DNA of 64,000 nt from Intoshia linei. Lineage: Eukaryota > Animalia > Orthonectida. The translations under genes and the position numbers were made by a program. The DNA lies in contig LWCA01000059.1 in assembly GCA_001642005.1 (NCBI GenBank), positions 1 through 64,000 on the forward strand, given 5' to 3'. Positions 48,180 to 61,358 of this stretch are shown here, piece by piece. Below the pieces are notes generated by a model, which made no database searches, was not told the origin of the DNA, and saw nothing but the letters and a program-made list of their open reading frames with translations. Position 1 is the stretch's first letter. Each line of letters opens with the position of its first letter.

Positions 48180-51100
48180 TTATATACAAAATTTTTGTCT
48201 CTTTTTCCTAGATAAATTGAAGCAACATTGTTTCATAATATAATTTGCACATTTATTTCCTACATGCAAAGCTGATTTATAATGATCTTCTTCGTTTATA
48301 TAAACAGATAAAAATCCTTAATTACGTGATAAATGATTAAAATTTAATTAAATCATACCACCCATGAATGCATCACCAGCGCCATTGGTATCCATAATAT
48401 CATTGTTTTTTATTTTTATTGTATCAACGGAATCCAAAATTTTACACTTACTATCTTGGAATTCTCCATAAATTACGCTTTTTTCAGCCCTCGTCATTAT
48501 AATCTTTAATTTATATTGGCAATTAAATATCAATTTTTCTCCTATAGCTTTCACTAAACAAATATCATCATTATTTTCTATTTCGTATATTTTAGCAAAA
48601 GACTCGAATTCCTAAAATAAAAGCATGAAACAATTAATTTTAGTGTAAAAATACTTCTTTATTTCCAACCAAAACATTCACAAATTGCATTAATTTTTTT
48701 AATTCGTTTGGTACTTTCATTGATATAAAACATGCGGAAATGTTATATATGACACGCCTTCTTGATGTATAAAAGTTTCTTGCATATTTTGTTATAGATT
48801 CATGATGCATGTGGAAAAAATAGCCCTAAAATATTAAAATTATTACATTATCATTTTGAATTTACTGTTATGTAAAATATGTAACATTTGTCCATCAAAA
48901 TAGAGTTTTGATTAGAAGACACAAAATTTTCGGTAGTGAAAAGATTTGCTCCCAGGTCGGTAGCTAAGGATCTATGCATTTATATATATTAAAAATAAAT
49001 ACAAACCTGGATGTGCTTTTATTCGATATCATTACACAACAATTCCCTGTGTATATATTACTAATAACTTCAAAATATGCAACAATATTAGTTTTTTCAC
49101 AATCTTTTATCAGCATTTTCCCGATTTTATCATTGCCTATCGAACTAGAAAAATATAATGTGTGAGGTTTCTGCAAAAGGAACTAAATTGAATTAAGCTA
49201 TGTAGACTCTATATAATACATCAAGCATTCTTAAAACGTTCAGAGCCGATCCACCTAATTTTATAGATGTTTAGTTTGATAATTATAAATTAATTCATGT
49301 CGTGTGCACTAGGGAGTGATATTCGATTATTAAGAGAAAAATGGGAATATATTCCGATTAATCGATTAATAACATTTACATTAAATTTATTATTTTTTAT
49401 AAACAATTTTAATTATCACTAATGTTTGGTTGTGATTATAATTTCATCATATTGCAGTGTTAGAGTTATAATGTTCTATCTGCATTTTTGTCAAAAATGA
49501 GGTTTTTGATGAAAAATGTTTTAAATCATATCTTTTACATTTTTACCAAAAAAATTAAGCTTGAAAACGTATTATTTTATGATATAACGAACATTTACTG
49601 GTTCAATTACTAAATCTCGACTTGATAATTCCTTACAAAATTATCAAATTCCTATTAAAAATAACCTCACAGATTCTAAAAAGCAAGATATTAAAAGTAT
49701 GTTAATTAAAATGGACAATGAGTAAAGAATTGTATAATTTAATCATATAAATTGATAAAAATTTTGATGCTAAAAATGTTAAATGTTATCAGTTTTAATA
49801 GAATAATGTTCTATTTGCAATTTTTTCAAATCAAATAGTTACAGATTGTTCCATTAGTAAAATTAAAGTTTTGAAAAACCTTTATCTTTTTATTTTTATC
49901 GTACGAAACTTTTCAATATACTTTAACAAATATTAAAAAACTAAATTGTATAATTAAATTTTAACATAAAAATTATATTTTAGGCAATATAGTACTTTTA
50001 AACTTTAAAGTCGATTTATGAAAAACTATGTTTATGCAGATAGAACATTATAACTCTAACACTGCGATATATAAAGATAATATTACTCTATCTGAGATGT
50101 AAATATATGCGATCGCATCAAACCTAGAATGAACCCTACTCTTTCCCACATTTGTGAATTTCTTAAAAATTAAAAATCAGTAGATTCGTCCAATTGTAAA
50201 ATAAATTTTACTGGATTTTTTCCAAGTTCATCCATACCTTGAATTTCGATAACTTCTGGAAAATATTTAATTCTTTTACAAAGGAATTGATTTAAATGTC
50301 TTTTTTTCATCATTTCCAAGTTCTGCAATTTTAAGAGTATAGGGTTTGATCAACGTTTGCGATGGTATGAGACTTTTTTTGTTTATTAATCATGTAAGCA
50401 ACATGATATTATGCCTGTAAAATTATGTTACATGGTGAAGAAATGATAAATTTATCAACTGTTCCACCTATATCGAAACGTCTTCTTTTTCGAGAGATAA
50501 CTTCAACACTGTCAATGATAATTGAGTGTTTTACATGCTTATTGTTACATAGGCGGCTTGGCTTCGTGCTATTATAGCATAAAACACCAAACATTAAATG
50601 CACAGACTCAAGTTTTTCGGATTCACCTGAAATTCGCCTGAAATATGTTTATAAAATGAAGACTCCGTTAATTATTGATAATTATTAGTATATTAAATTC
50701 AATGAGCGTTAATTATAATTAATTAGTTAATAATTATTAACTTAATTTACACTTTGTTAATAAGTAATAACAATATGAAATTATATCTTATATATAATTT
50801 TTTTGTTGATAATAAAAATATTATGTAATTTGACTCATTTAGAAACAAAATTAATAGATTAATTACCAATTAATTTTTAGCTAATTATTTTATTATTATT
50901 AAAATTTTTACTTTACATAAACAGTAAAGAATTATATTATAATATAAATATCAATTAATCATAAAAAAATATTTATATGAAGTTTAACTTCCAGTTTATA
51001 AGAATAGTTTGAAATGTCTTATAGTTTTTTCGCGCACTGTAAACGATCTCCACTAAAAAATATTTTACAAGTTTTAGGAACAAGAAGGATTTTGTTAAAT

Positions 51101-52597
51101 TTTAAAAGGCTTTGTTAGGATAGTTTTAATTTTTTAATTTAAAACATTTTTTCGATTAATCGATTAACCCTTAGACATTTTGATTGTTTTTTACATGATC
51201 TACACACCAGATAAATTTTCTCAAAATGTCAAAAATTAATTTTAAAATATTGTCAAACGTATGTATACATTGTATAACAATAGTAATACACAGAGCCGTC
51301 TTAAGCCACTTCGGGGCCTTTAAAATTTCGAGCGAAGCGATAAAAAAAATTAAGTCCCCTGTTTAGAAGACAGAGCATACTGTTGGTTGGAGACTTAGAG
51401 TTTTATTTTATTGAGTATTAGTAAAAGCATTAAAAGATATTATGTGAATTTCTAGTAACTTTTATTTATTTTACAAAAACCTACTAACATTAATTAATAA
51501 ACAAAGTTTACTTTTTCATTTGAAAATATGCACCATGCGTCACAAAAAACTCTTGATAATTCTTCACAAATGTTGTTTTCTCACTTTTTTCTGAGAGAAA
51601 TCAAATATGATATTATCAAAACTGATATCATTCTCAATTGACATTAAGGAGAGCGCATTCAAACGAGGTTGAGCTAAGCAATTTCGAAGTTCATTCTTAA
51701 TTATTTTTAGTTTAGAAAAAGTTCAAACTTCAATAAACTTCAAAACTTATAAACTGATTCTTAAGATATAAATGTGAAGTATTTTTTAATAAATTGGGGC
51801 CTCTTTTTAAGATATAAATGTAAGTACTTTTATTAATTTGGGCCCTTTTTAATGAGGGACCCATATTGCCCATGCCTTAAAACGGATCTGGTAATACATT
51901 AATATACATAAACTTATTGAAAAACATAACATTTTTGTGTCGCATATACATTTATTTGCATTTTGAAGTCTAAGGATTAATCGGTTGCAAGTTAACCGGA
52001 ATTATTCGAAAATAGTATTTTAATTTTTCAAATAATCGATACTCCCCAGTGGGCACTGCGTAATCTGATAAATACTATTTTAATTATTGTTTTTCAGCGT
52101 ACAAATGTAATTATAATTTATAAAAAAAGTTGGTAACTAAACTTTATACCTACCTTCGAATCTTTGACACCGGGAGTTGGTGATCATGAAAAATAAAAAA
52201 TGTTCAATATATTTAAAAATACATACATGTATATCAATTTCTATTTACAAGATAATGATATCATCACACAATTGTAAACAGAAACCGTTATAGATATTTA
52301 AAGATATCTAAAATTTTATACCACTAATAATTTTGCAATCGTATGTGTTTATCAAGTCCTCGTATCTAATTCTATTTTAATATAATAATATATAATATAA
52401 TAATAACAACACTATATTAAAAAAATACAAATATTTATGAGCATCTCCTCGTAGAATCATGGAATTTGGATTTAGATCATATCTAGATAATTTTATATAA
52501 AAAAATTATACTGTTACTTTTCTAAAAATTCTTGATCTACATGAGCACTTACATCCATCAACGCATGTCCAAAAGAAAATATAGCTTTGTTCAACAT
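48180..52597 (-). CDS. ADK: Adenosine kinase, tandem copy C (most divergent)
   Basis: FGHALMDVSAHVDQEFLEKY, GGSALN, SIGNDKIG, TGNCCVMI, RSLATDLGA, GNKEE, DTNGAGDAFMGGFL; includes a ~3-kb TE-filled intron at ~49256-52321. Confidence 0.88.
49454..50065. mobile_element. MITE with perfect 32-bp TIRs
   Basis: GCAGTGTTAGAGTTATAATGTTCTATCTGCAT at 49454 and its exact reverse complement ending at 50065. Confidence 0.85.
50340..50625 (-). pseudogene. Degraded hAT Buster/ZBED5-like transposase N-terminal fragment
   Basis: Minus-strand remnants NSTKPSRL...KH and LQA*YHVAYMINKQKKSHTIA.TLIKP match the Buster/Charlie motif ASY.VA..IAK.KKPHTI.E.LI.P; homologous to ~62090-62360. Confidence 0.7.
51291..51890 (-). 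mobile_element. Non-autonomous hAT element with transposase C-terminal remnant
   Basis: TIR CAGAGCCGTCTTAAG / CTTAAAACGGATCTG; perfect TSD GTAATACA; minus strand reads FSKLKIIKNELRNCLAQPRLNALSLMSIENDI (hAT dimerisation region). Confidence 0.88.
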
Positions 52598-54268
52598 TTA
52601 TAGTTTAATACTAAAGTTGAGAGTGAAAATTTATTTACCAGTATAATGAAAATGTTTATTTGATCTAATCTCATCTTTAACTATGAAAATAATTTTGATA
52701 TTTAAACTAGATTTAACATTGAAAAATATTTATTCAAACGAGTTTATAGTTTTCGAGTGATTGCCACTCTGTGTCGATGTAGTTTACATAACTTTGAAAA
52801 TTCAAAATACATGTACTTTGTGTAATAATAATCGAAACATTACTGTATAGAAAAAAAACATTTACATTTGTAAATTAAATCAGGCTGATTCATAGTGAGT
52901 CCACGGTACAAAAATTTGTGGATTCATAAAATAAATTAATAAAAATTTTAACTTATTTATTTGTGCAATTTTTAGTCAGTTAGTTTAATAATAAAAGATA
53001 ATAATTTTTTAATAAATATATGCTATTGCGGCTATCAAAACATTTTTTAGATAGAATACTACATTTTGTTGTTAATTAAATTATACATATCAAAGTAACT
53101 ATCTTTTTAATTTTAGCTTACTAATCGTATGCGTCATACCCTACAAAGCTACCGTAATTTTTTTATTTTACAAGTGGTTCACTGTCAAAAAAATTTCAAA
53201 CCCACTCATTTAAATAATGAACTAGAAATTATATTGTTAATATCATGGAAGAAATGATTTATTTATTTACGGTTTTACAGTAAATAAGATTTTCGTTGCA
53301 TTATTTTGTGATAATTCGATCTTGGAAATTAGAAATGAAATATTTTAATATATGGTTTTGTATCCATTGTGTAAGATTTATGTTTTTTAAATTAACGTCC
53401 GAATGATACAACTAGAATTTTAATTTGATATGATATATTATTTTTTATATTTTTTTTTAACTGAAATTGACAATTTATTTAATAAATTTATTGTCAGTAG
53501 ATTATTTATTAGTAATTACAGCATATATTTACACATAAAAAATTTACTGCTTTTAACCCTAATATGTTTATACAAAGTTTTCCCTCAATGTTTTGATGCG
53601 ACGGACCAATAAGATATGATATATATAAGGGTGTTTCATTAAATCAAACTATGTAAAAATTTAAATTAAATTAGGTTTCATTTGGTATAGAAATCACTAT
53701 GCCAAAAAACATTTTCCATACAAATTCGGTTTAAAGTGTCGCAGGTCATTTTTATAACCTCATACATAAATGTTAGATAAAAAATAAAACTGAACTTTAT
53801 TGCCTAAACCACTGGAATTTATTGGTAACTAAGTTTAACCGTGCTATCATATTAATTAGTCTGCTCCCACTATATATTTTAAATTTTTAAATTACGTTGT
53901 AGCTTAATTATTTTGATTTTTAAACGTCTTTTAAAATATCAAAAAAAACCAAAATATAAATATTTGTAATTAATATTGGGTTTTTCTCATTTTTAAAAAT
54001 TAAGTAACTGCAACAGTTTCAGGTTACAAGTGATAATGTTTTTGACAAGATTACTTAATAACGGTGGAACTAGTAATTTTAAAGTTTAATGAAATACCGC
54101 AGGATATTTTTATTATGATAAATAAGTTAAAAACACCCTGCGCAACTTGATTAGTGGTTAAAAATAATTTTGTTTCTGGTTTTAAGTATTACCGTGAAAA
54201 ACTTTATAGCTTCTTACCCAAAATTGTTTGCAATGACAAAATTTGTACAAATATGAAATACCCTAATA

Positions 54269-54810
54269 CAATCAAAATCTCATTTAACGAATGTCGAAAT
54301 TTTATTTTCTATATAAATGCCTAAATATCTGATATTTAACCGAATTTTTGATTAACGAACGCGTAAATTCAATATTATTTTATTTTTTTAATAGTTTTTT
54401 ACTATATTGTTATAGTTTTATGGCTTTGAATATTAGATCGTCTCTTTTAAGAAGTCATGAATGTTTTTATATATATAAAATTACAATAAATTATCAATGT
54501 CAGATATTATTATAAAAAGTTTAATTATATGTTCATATTAAATATAATTTTGATAAATTTAAGACACGTGTGCAGCAGCACATTTCTAATAGTTATATTT
54601 CTAATATTTTCGTTAAATTCATTTAACGAATACGCCATTTTAACGTTTTTCCATTGTAGCGATATTAATTGTATAAACGAACTGATATGAGGTTATACAA
54701 GATTGTGTTCGAAGAATTTAATATTAATTATACACTAACTTTATGTTTATATTATATTACACTATAGTGATTATCACTACAGCCATTATCGTTAAATGAG
54801 ATTTTGACTG
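54269..54810. mobile_element. pogo/Tigger-type MITE
   Basis: TIR CA(A/G)TCAAAATCTCATTTAACGA with TA flanks. Confidence 0.8.
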
Positions 54811-55657
54811 TATATTATGAATACAACTTTATATTAAAATACCATGGATATAAATAGTAACAGTTATACTTAGTACCAATGACCAAAAAATTACAATAAT
54901 AATTAATGTTTTATTTCATTTTAAATAAATAAATTGTAATGTTTTGGTGCTTGAATGTCTTCGATATTAAGCGAAACTTATTACAAATAATTTCAAGACA
55001 ATTTGACGTAACTGTTTAATACAAAATCATAAAGTGAGCGACAACTTGCTCACTTGATTACAACCATAACAACTAAACTGGTACAACACTACAAAAATAA
55101 AAAATCAAAGAAAATCAGGTGTGCTTTATATAGGAATATAAAATTTGCGTGTGACACTCCATTTGTTGTGAAAAATTTTTTTTTTGATTATGTGGGCATG
55201 ATCAAAACTTCACAACTTGTGACTTAAAGTTGTTACCAATGACAAAATGTTCCAAATTTTGAAACACCATAATGTATATGTAATGATGTGGACTCTAACA
55301 GAGGCAAAAGTTCAGGGTGAAATGAATAAATACAATACTAAAGTGGTTCTTAATCGCGGCGTCGTTAAAAATATTTTGGAGTAGCGTGATTTTACTCAAT
55401 TTTTTTATAATTTTAAATGTATACATTTCTATAAACACATAGAAATCTCTATTAGAGTATTTATCTCAAATGTTTGGACTAGATTTACTTTACATTAATA
55501 ATGTAATACTGGATTTACTACAGTGCCAAAAACAACACCAAAATTTGAAGATCAAAGTCAGATAAAAAAAGTTTATCATGTATCAAATTTTTATCATTTC
55601 ATTAATTGTATAATTTGAATTTTACATTTATTTATAACTCAAACTTGTGATGTTGGT

Positions 55658-56200
55658 CAGAGCCGTCTTAAGCAATTTAGTGGCTGTAGACTAAGCAAAG
55701 GGCCGGAGGCCCTTTACAATTTAAATAGCGAAGTCATCAAAAAAATTTAGGGCCCCTTTTTAGAAGACAGGGGATACTGTTTGTTGGAGACTTATTTCAT
55801 TGAGTATTAATAAAAGCATGACAAGATATTATGTAGGTTTCTAGTAACTTTTATTACTACTTTACAACTTACCTACTTTCTTTTTTGAATGTTCACTTAA
55901 TAGAAAGGTTTTAATGTTTAATATTATCATTTGAAACAGTTTTTATGACAATATCACATGATGAACATTGTAGAATATATTTTAAATCGAATAATAACCA
56001 GAACTTTAATTCTTTAAACTATTTTCTTTCTAGCTATTTGAATTCCCACACTTCAAAACTTATAAAATGTTTTTTAAGATATAAATGTAAAGTATTTTTT
56101 AATAATTCGGCCTCGTTTTAAGATATAAATATAAAGTACTTTTATTAATTTGGGGGCCTTTTTTAATGAGTGGCCCTGATCTACAGCCCATATTGCTCGT
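55658..56200 (-). mobile_element. Second, partial copy of the CAGAGCCGTCTTAAG hAT family
   Basis: Same left end and subterminal blocks as 51291-51890; right TIR not evident. Confidence 0.7.
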
Positions 56201-58288
56201 GTGGGATCAGTCGTCATAAAAGTTGAAGAAGTCTGCAGTATTGATTTTAATACACATTTTTAAATTTACATAAATTATAAATATCAATAAACAGATAATA
56301 TAAATAAATAAGGTATAATGACTAGAGTGGACACAATTTTCATAGTAAATTTTTTTTTTACATTTTCTGATAGGCCCTTCGATAATTTTGTTCATTTTAT
56401 GAATACATACACACATGCCAAATTTTACATAAAAAAATAACATCATATAAGTGCTCAATGACGTGCAAAGCTAAAAAATTAGACATTTTGGTCAAAAAAT
56501 TGGCATAAATGGTCATATATATTTGTTTACTAATATTCTCTAATGGGCCATTCTCTAATTTTATTCTTCTGATTCATACGTATGTCTATGCAAAATTTTA
56601 GGAAGCAAGATTAATTTTAATGTAGTGCTCAAGTTGGTTTTAAGTTTACCCAGCTTTATTAATTTAAATTATAAAGTTTTGTTTGAAATGCACGTATTAA
56701 CAAAATCCGCGGATTATATTTGGATAATAGGCAATGTGATGGAAGATTTTTGTAAATATAACTTCCCAACATTACGGGACGTATTGAAGGTTTATTTTTA
56801 TCATAGAAAAAAGGAATATGGGGGTTTTTTAATTAGGCACACCTAAAAACCTTTGGTAATAATTTAAACACAATAGTTTTCGCCAAACTGAACGTCTCCG
56901 TAATCAATATTATTTTAAATATGGTAAAACTAAGATAAACCCTCGGTATATTTTACTCATAGATAGTTATATATACAAATCGTATACTAAAATTCAGTAT
57001 CCTTGAGCACTCTCGCAGAGTTTTCAAATTTTGTTAAAATTTTGTATTTTAAGTTAACTTAAGAAAACGAAACTTTCTGGCTAATGGCCCATAAGAAATT
57101 CAAAAATATTGAAATTGTGTTCACCCTAATGATGACCGTTGGCACATGTCAATGAAATCTTAATTGAGTAGACTTTTAAGTGTATATCACTGTATATCAA
57201 AGCATTTTCTATTAATTTATTTTCGTTGAAACCTATTTGAGAAGCATTACTAAATGATTGAAATTTACCAAATACTAAGTACAAGTTTAATGTAATTGAT
57301 ACATGAAACTAAATTCACGTACATGAACATTGAAATCTTTTTTTAAGAATAGGCAAAATTTAACCTTTTTTATGATTTCGATTCTCTACATTTTTTTGAG
57401 AAATTATTCCAGATGATATAAATATAAAATTTCAATCCCAGAATCTACGCATTCCCGGTTAAAAATAATTTTTAATATATTTTCAACCATTATTTTTCAA
57501 ATATTTGCATTAAAATAAAAATTGATCCTACATTTTCAAAAAAGATGTGCATTGAACATCTACACATTTCCAATAAAAAAATATGGGTGAAAATCTATAT
57601 AATCATTCTTTTGAATTTTTTTCATTGCTACGCAATTTTTATATCTAAAATTCTCATTTTCAAAACATTTTGTTTAAAATTTAAATTAAAACTACAACGA
57701 ATTACTAAAAGTAATCCAACTTTATTATTATCATTTTTATATTAATTACAGTTCTTTGCAATATTTGTAAAATTCACCTAAAATATGTTTATAAAGTGAA
57801 GATTCCGTTAATTATTGATACATAATTGGTATTTTTCGAATTATTGTCATAATTCTGGAATTTATGAAAGGGTTAAATCGAAACTTTTACATTAAGTTTG
57901 ACGTGGTGGCTTCAATGGCGTAATTAAAAAAAGTATTAATTTGAAACATATTTATGGCGAATTACCAGTGCCGAACCTATATATAGGCCTATAAATGAAT
58001 ATTTCTGCATACTAAAAAGTATAGATAAAAGTTTTATGCGATCGAAGTTTGGCCCCTGCAATATAATAAAATACATGTATATTCAATGAATATTATTCAT
58101 ATAATGAAATTAGTTTATTAAATTAAATCTTTAAAATTTCACCAAAACCTCAAAATAAATAATTTAAATCTGGTTTCATAATATATTAATTAAATAAACA
58201 AAATTGGCATATGCTCATAATATAATGCAGCCATTTAGATTTTAAATTAAAAAACAAATTAATTACGGAAAATGGATAATTTATTTAA

Positions 58289-60454
58289 TTACAACTTATT
58301 GTAGATACGACTTCCAAATAAAATTGTACCGAGACGGACTATATCGCTCCCATGTTTTATCTAAACATAAATGATCATTGTAATAATCTAATTACAGCAT
58401 TTTCATAATCATTTGACATTCCCATACTCAATAGAACACCAATATCTCCCATTTGATGGTATATATCTTTTCGTAGATTAGCCAGTGTCTAAATAAAGGA
58501 AAAATTGAAACGAGATATTTATATAACTGCAAAATCATTGTTTTCAGAATTTTTTTTTATTCCAATAGTCATAAGGCCACTAAATTCCAAATTACCGCAA
58601 TCACTTTGAATATATTTAATGATGTCAAATACATCACTCTCAATGCACCCAGATTTAACTAAAATTAAGTTATGATGTAATATATCGATATAACAAGTTT
58701 CATGAGAAGTATTGACTTGAATCAAAACATTTATTTTCTTTTCGAAACAATCATTATTTGAACTGTCCTTTAAATATTGAATCCTAGAATTGATTTTCAG
58801 AGCAATTGCATGGTTGTGAATAGATTGTATCATTTTTAAATTTTTACAATCTATAAAAAATATGAAATCAGGATCAATATACATTTATACTTGTATAATT
58901 TTGTTAAAAATTGTAAACAAAAATGGACACTGTAAATTTTAAAAACTGATGAGTAAATTATAATATTATGTTACACATAACTATAAAAACTGAAACCAAC
59001 CTGTTTTACAAATTTTCGAATTTCGGACATTGTGAGTCAAAAAAATTTGTAATTATTTAAAACAAAATTTTAAAATTACTTAGCAGTTTATTGACTTTAT
59101 TGGATTGAAGATGACCAACAAAATGCCATCGTATATTGGGACAATAAGATAAAATCTAAAAAATATACAAGAAATTAAATTAAATTACCAATTCATTCGT
59201 TGATTTTTCATACAACTCATCTACCTATTTAACCAATATAGTTCATGTTTCATGGGTTTAAAAATTACATAATTTTCACCAAAATCGCGATGACCAAATG
59301 CATATGCACATATTATTTTATCTATAGTTTGTTTCTTTGATACAGCTAGAATAATAACGTTGGTGGACTAGAAATAGATACAATATATATTTTTTCATAT
59401 TAGTTTGAGAAGCGTTGTCTATCGTTCATTATTGAAAAAATGATAATGGTAAATACCTATTGTAGTGAGTCCTTGTAATATACCTTAACGCGATCCGTAG
59501 GTTACAACAATGTAGAAATTACAACAATTAAAAAATGTCATGTTGATGTTTTCAGCTTTAGTAATTATGTTCTCAGTAATGCAGTATAGTAATTTATTTA
59601 TTTTGTAAAATTGTAAGGGTTCTCGAATTAATATTTGATGAATGTTATGTTAATGAAAAACAATATTTTAATTCGCATTTACATATTTATATTGTATATG
59701 CATATTTATTTCACTCAGTTCAATATATAAGATGCAATTCTGTCTATAGTTGAGACAGTACACTATAATGACAGTAGTTGTCATAAATCACACAATTTTA
59801 TAAAAATTTTCTTGTGCTCTGACTTAGAACTTCGATAGTCAGTTCTGTAATGAAGGTAATCACTTGTATATAAATTTAATTTCAAAACATTAATTTTATT
59901 CATAAAATGTATCATTAAAATGTAATTAAATGGAAAATAAGAACGCAGTAAATACAATGTAATTGTAATTGAATTTGATATGTACTATAAATCGATAATA
60001 CGAATATATACTGTTATAAATGTTTGTCTCACATTTTTGTTTTACATTTCAATGCGTTTAATTTTAATTTTTCAAACTTGCCATCAATTTCCTTAAAATT
60101 CATTAATTTTTTTCCTTTTATAACGGGGAGATATTTTATGATAATATGCATGTCATGAATACTATATTTTAATTCCTAGTCAAATAAAAATTAGAGATTA
60201 TTGCATGGGTTAATGATTATAATATGAAAAAACCCCTACGTATCTTTTGGTTAAAAAAATATATTTATGAATACCTTTTCTTTGTTATTCATAGTTATCT
60301 TTTGTATATTTTCAGTTACTTTGTAGAAAGAGTTATAAATATCATTTTTTAGTTTGGTTTCAATATTGTATTCAGGTAATTTAAATTCAGGATAATTATT
60401 TTTTTGAACTTTTTCGGAATTTAAATCCAAATCCAAATTTTCATATTGATTCAT
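58289..60454 (-). CDS. PLPBP: Pyridoxal phosphate homeostasis protein (PROSC/YggS family)
   Basis: [84 protein letters not shown]. The first exon (60454-60275) is inferred from an N-terminal helix-like segment and phase match. Confidence 0.9.
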
Positions 60455-61358
60455 GGTTAAAATTTGAAATTCAAATAGAAAATATACATTTTCATATTAA
60501 ATTTGACATGTATAACTACTATAACAACATATTAACGTAATAGGTTTAAATACCTGGTTGCTTCAGGTTGGTTCCAAAGAAAATAGATTCAATTAAATTT
60601 TTGTTTGTTATACACATTCTCTATACGTCTTTGAAAAAAACTAGTCCAAATAAGCAAACAATGCTATATTTTTAGTTTTTAGTTCATCCTTTATACACAA
60701 ATCCATATAAATTTGTATTACTTTTTCTGTAATTCACTTACAGTACAAAAATATATAAACTTAATTAGTAGATATAGTAATATTTATATTATAGTTGCAA
60801 TTATTGATATTAATACTCCATGTTAATATTATCCACAATAACTGATAATTTTAATTATTTTTTGATTCTAGAAATACAATTCTAGCTTTCCAAATATATT
60901 TAAACCTTTACTGATATAAAATGGAATGTTTGTGTGTGTTTCCCTTTATTAAAAAACTAACTGTCGTAGCATTTATATTAGAAAAATATAAATTCTGGGA
61001 TTCCTTCTAAAATTATTTTCGTACACCTCAGCCTCAAAAACGCATACTTTCATTATCAAAACCAAAATTACTCTTTGTTTTAAAAATAGTTAAAATTAAA
61101 AAATAAAAAACATTGAACGTCCACATCAGATGTGGGGAAAGTGCGGCCTTATTGACGATTTGGTGCTGCCTTCTGAACAATTGAATTATTTTTAAAATAT
61201 TAATTATTGGTAAAAGCAGTTTTTTTCCTTAAGGGTTGGTAAAATTTTGGTTTTTTCTAATAAGATGCTTCTAAATTGAATAAAATAAGCTAAAAAATTA
61301 TCTTACCCCAATTAACTAAAATTTTAGTATTCACCACCTAATAAACTATTCACTAGGG

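Larger units (their letters stand above)
49310..52048. mobile_element. Composite hAT-like element carrying nested insertions (ADK copy C intron)
   Basis: Termini TAGGGAGT..TCGATTATT / AATAATCGATACTCCCCA; TSD GTGTGCAC/GTGGGCAC. Confidence 0.65.
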
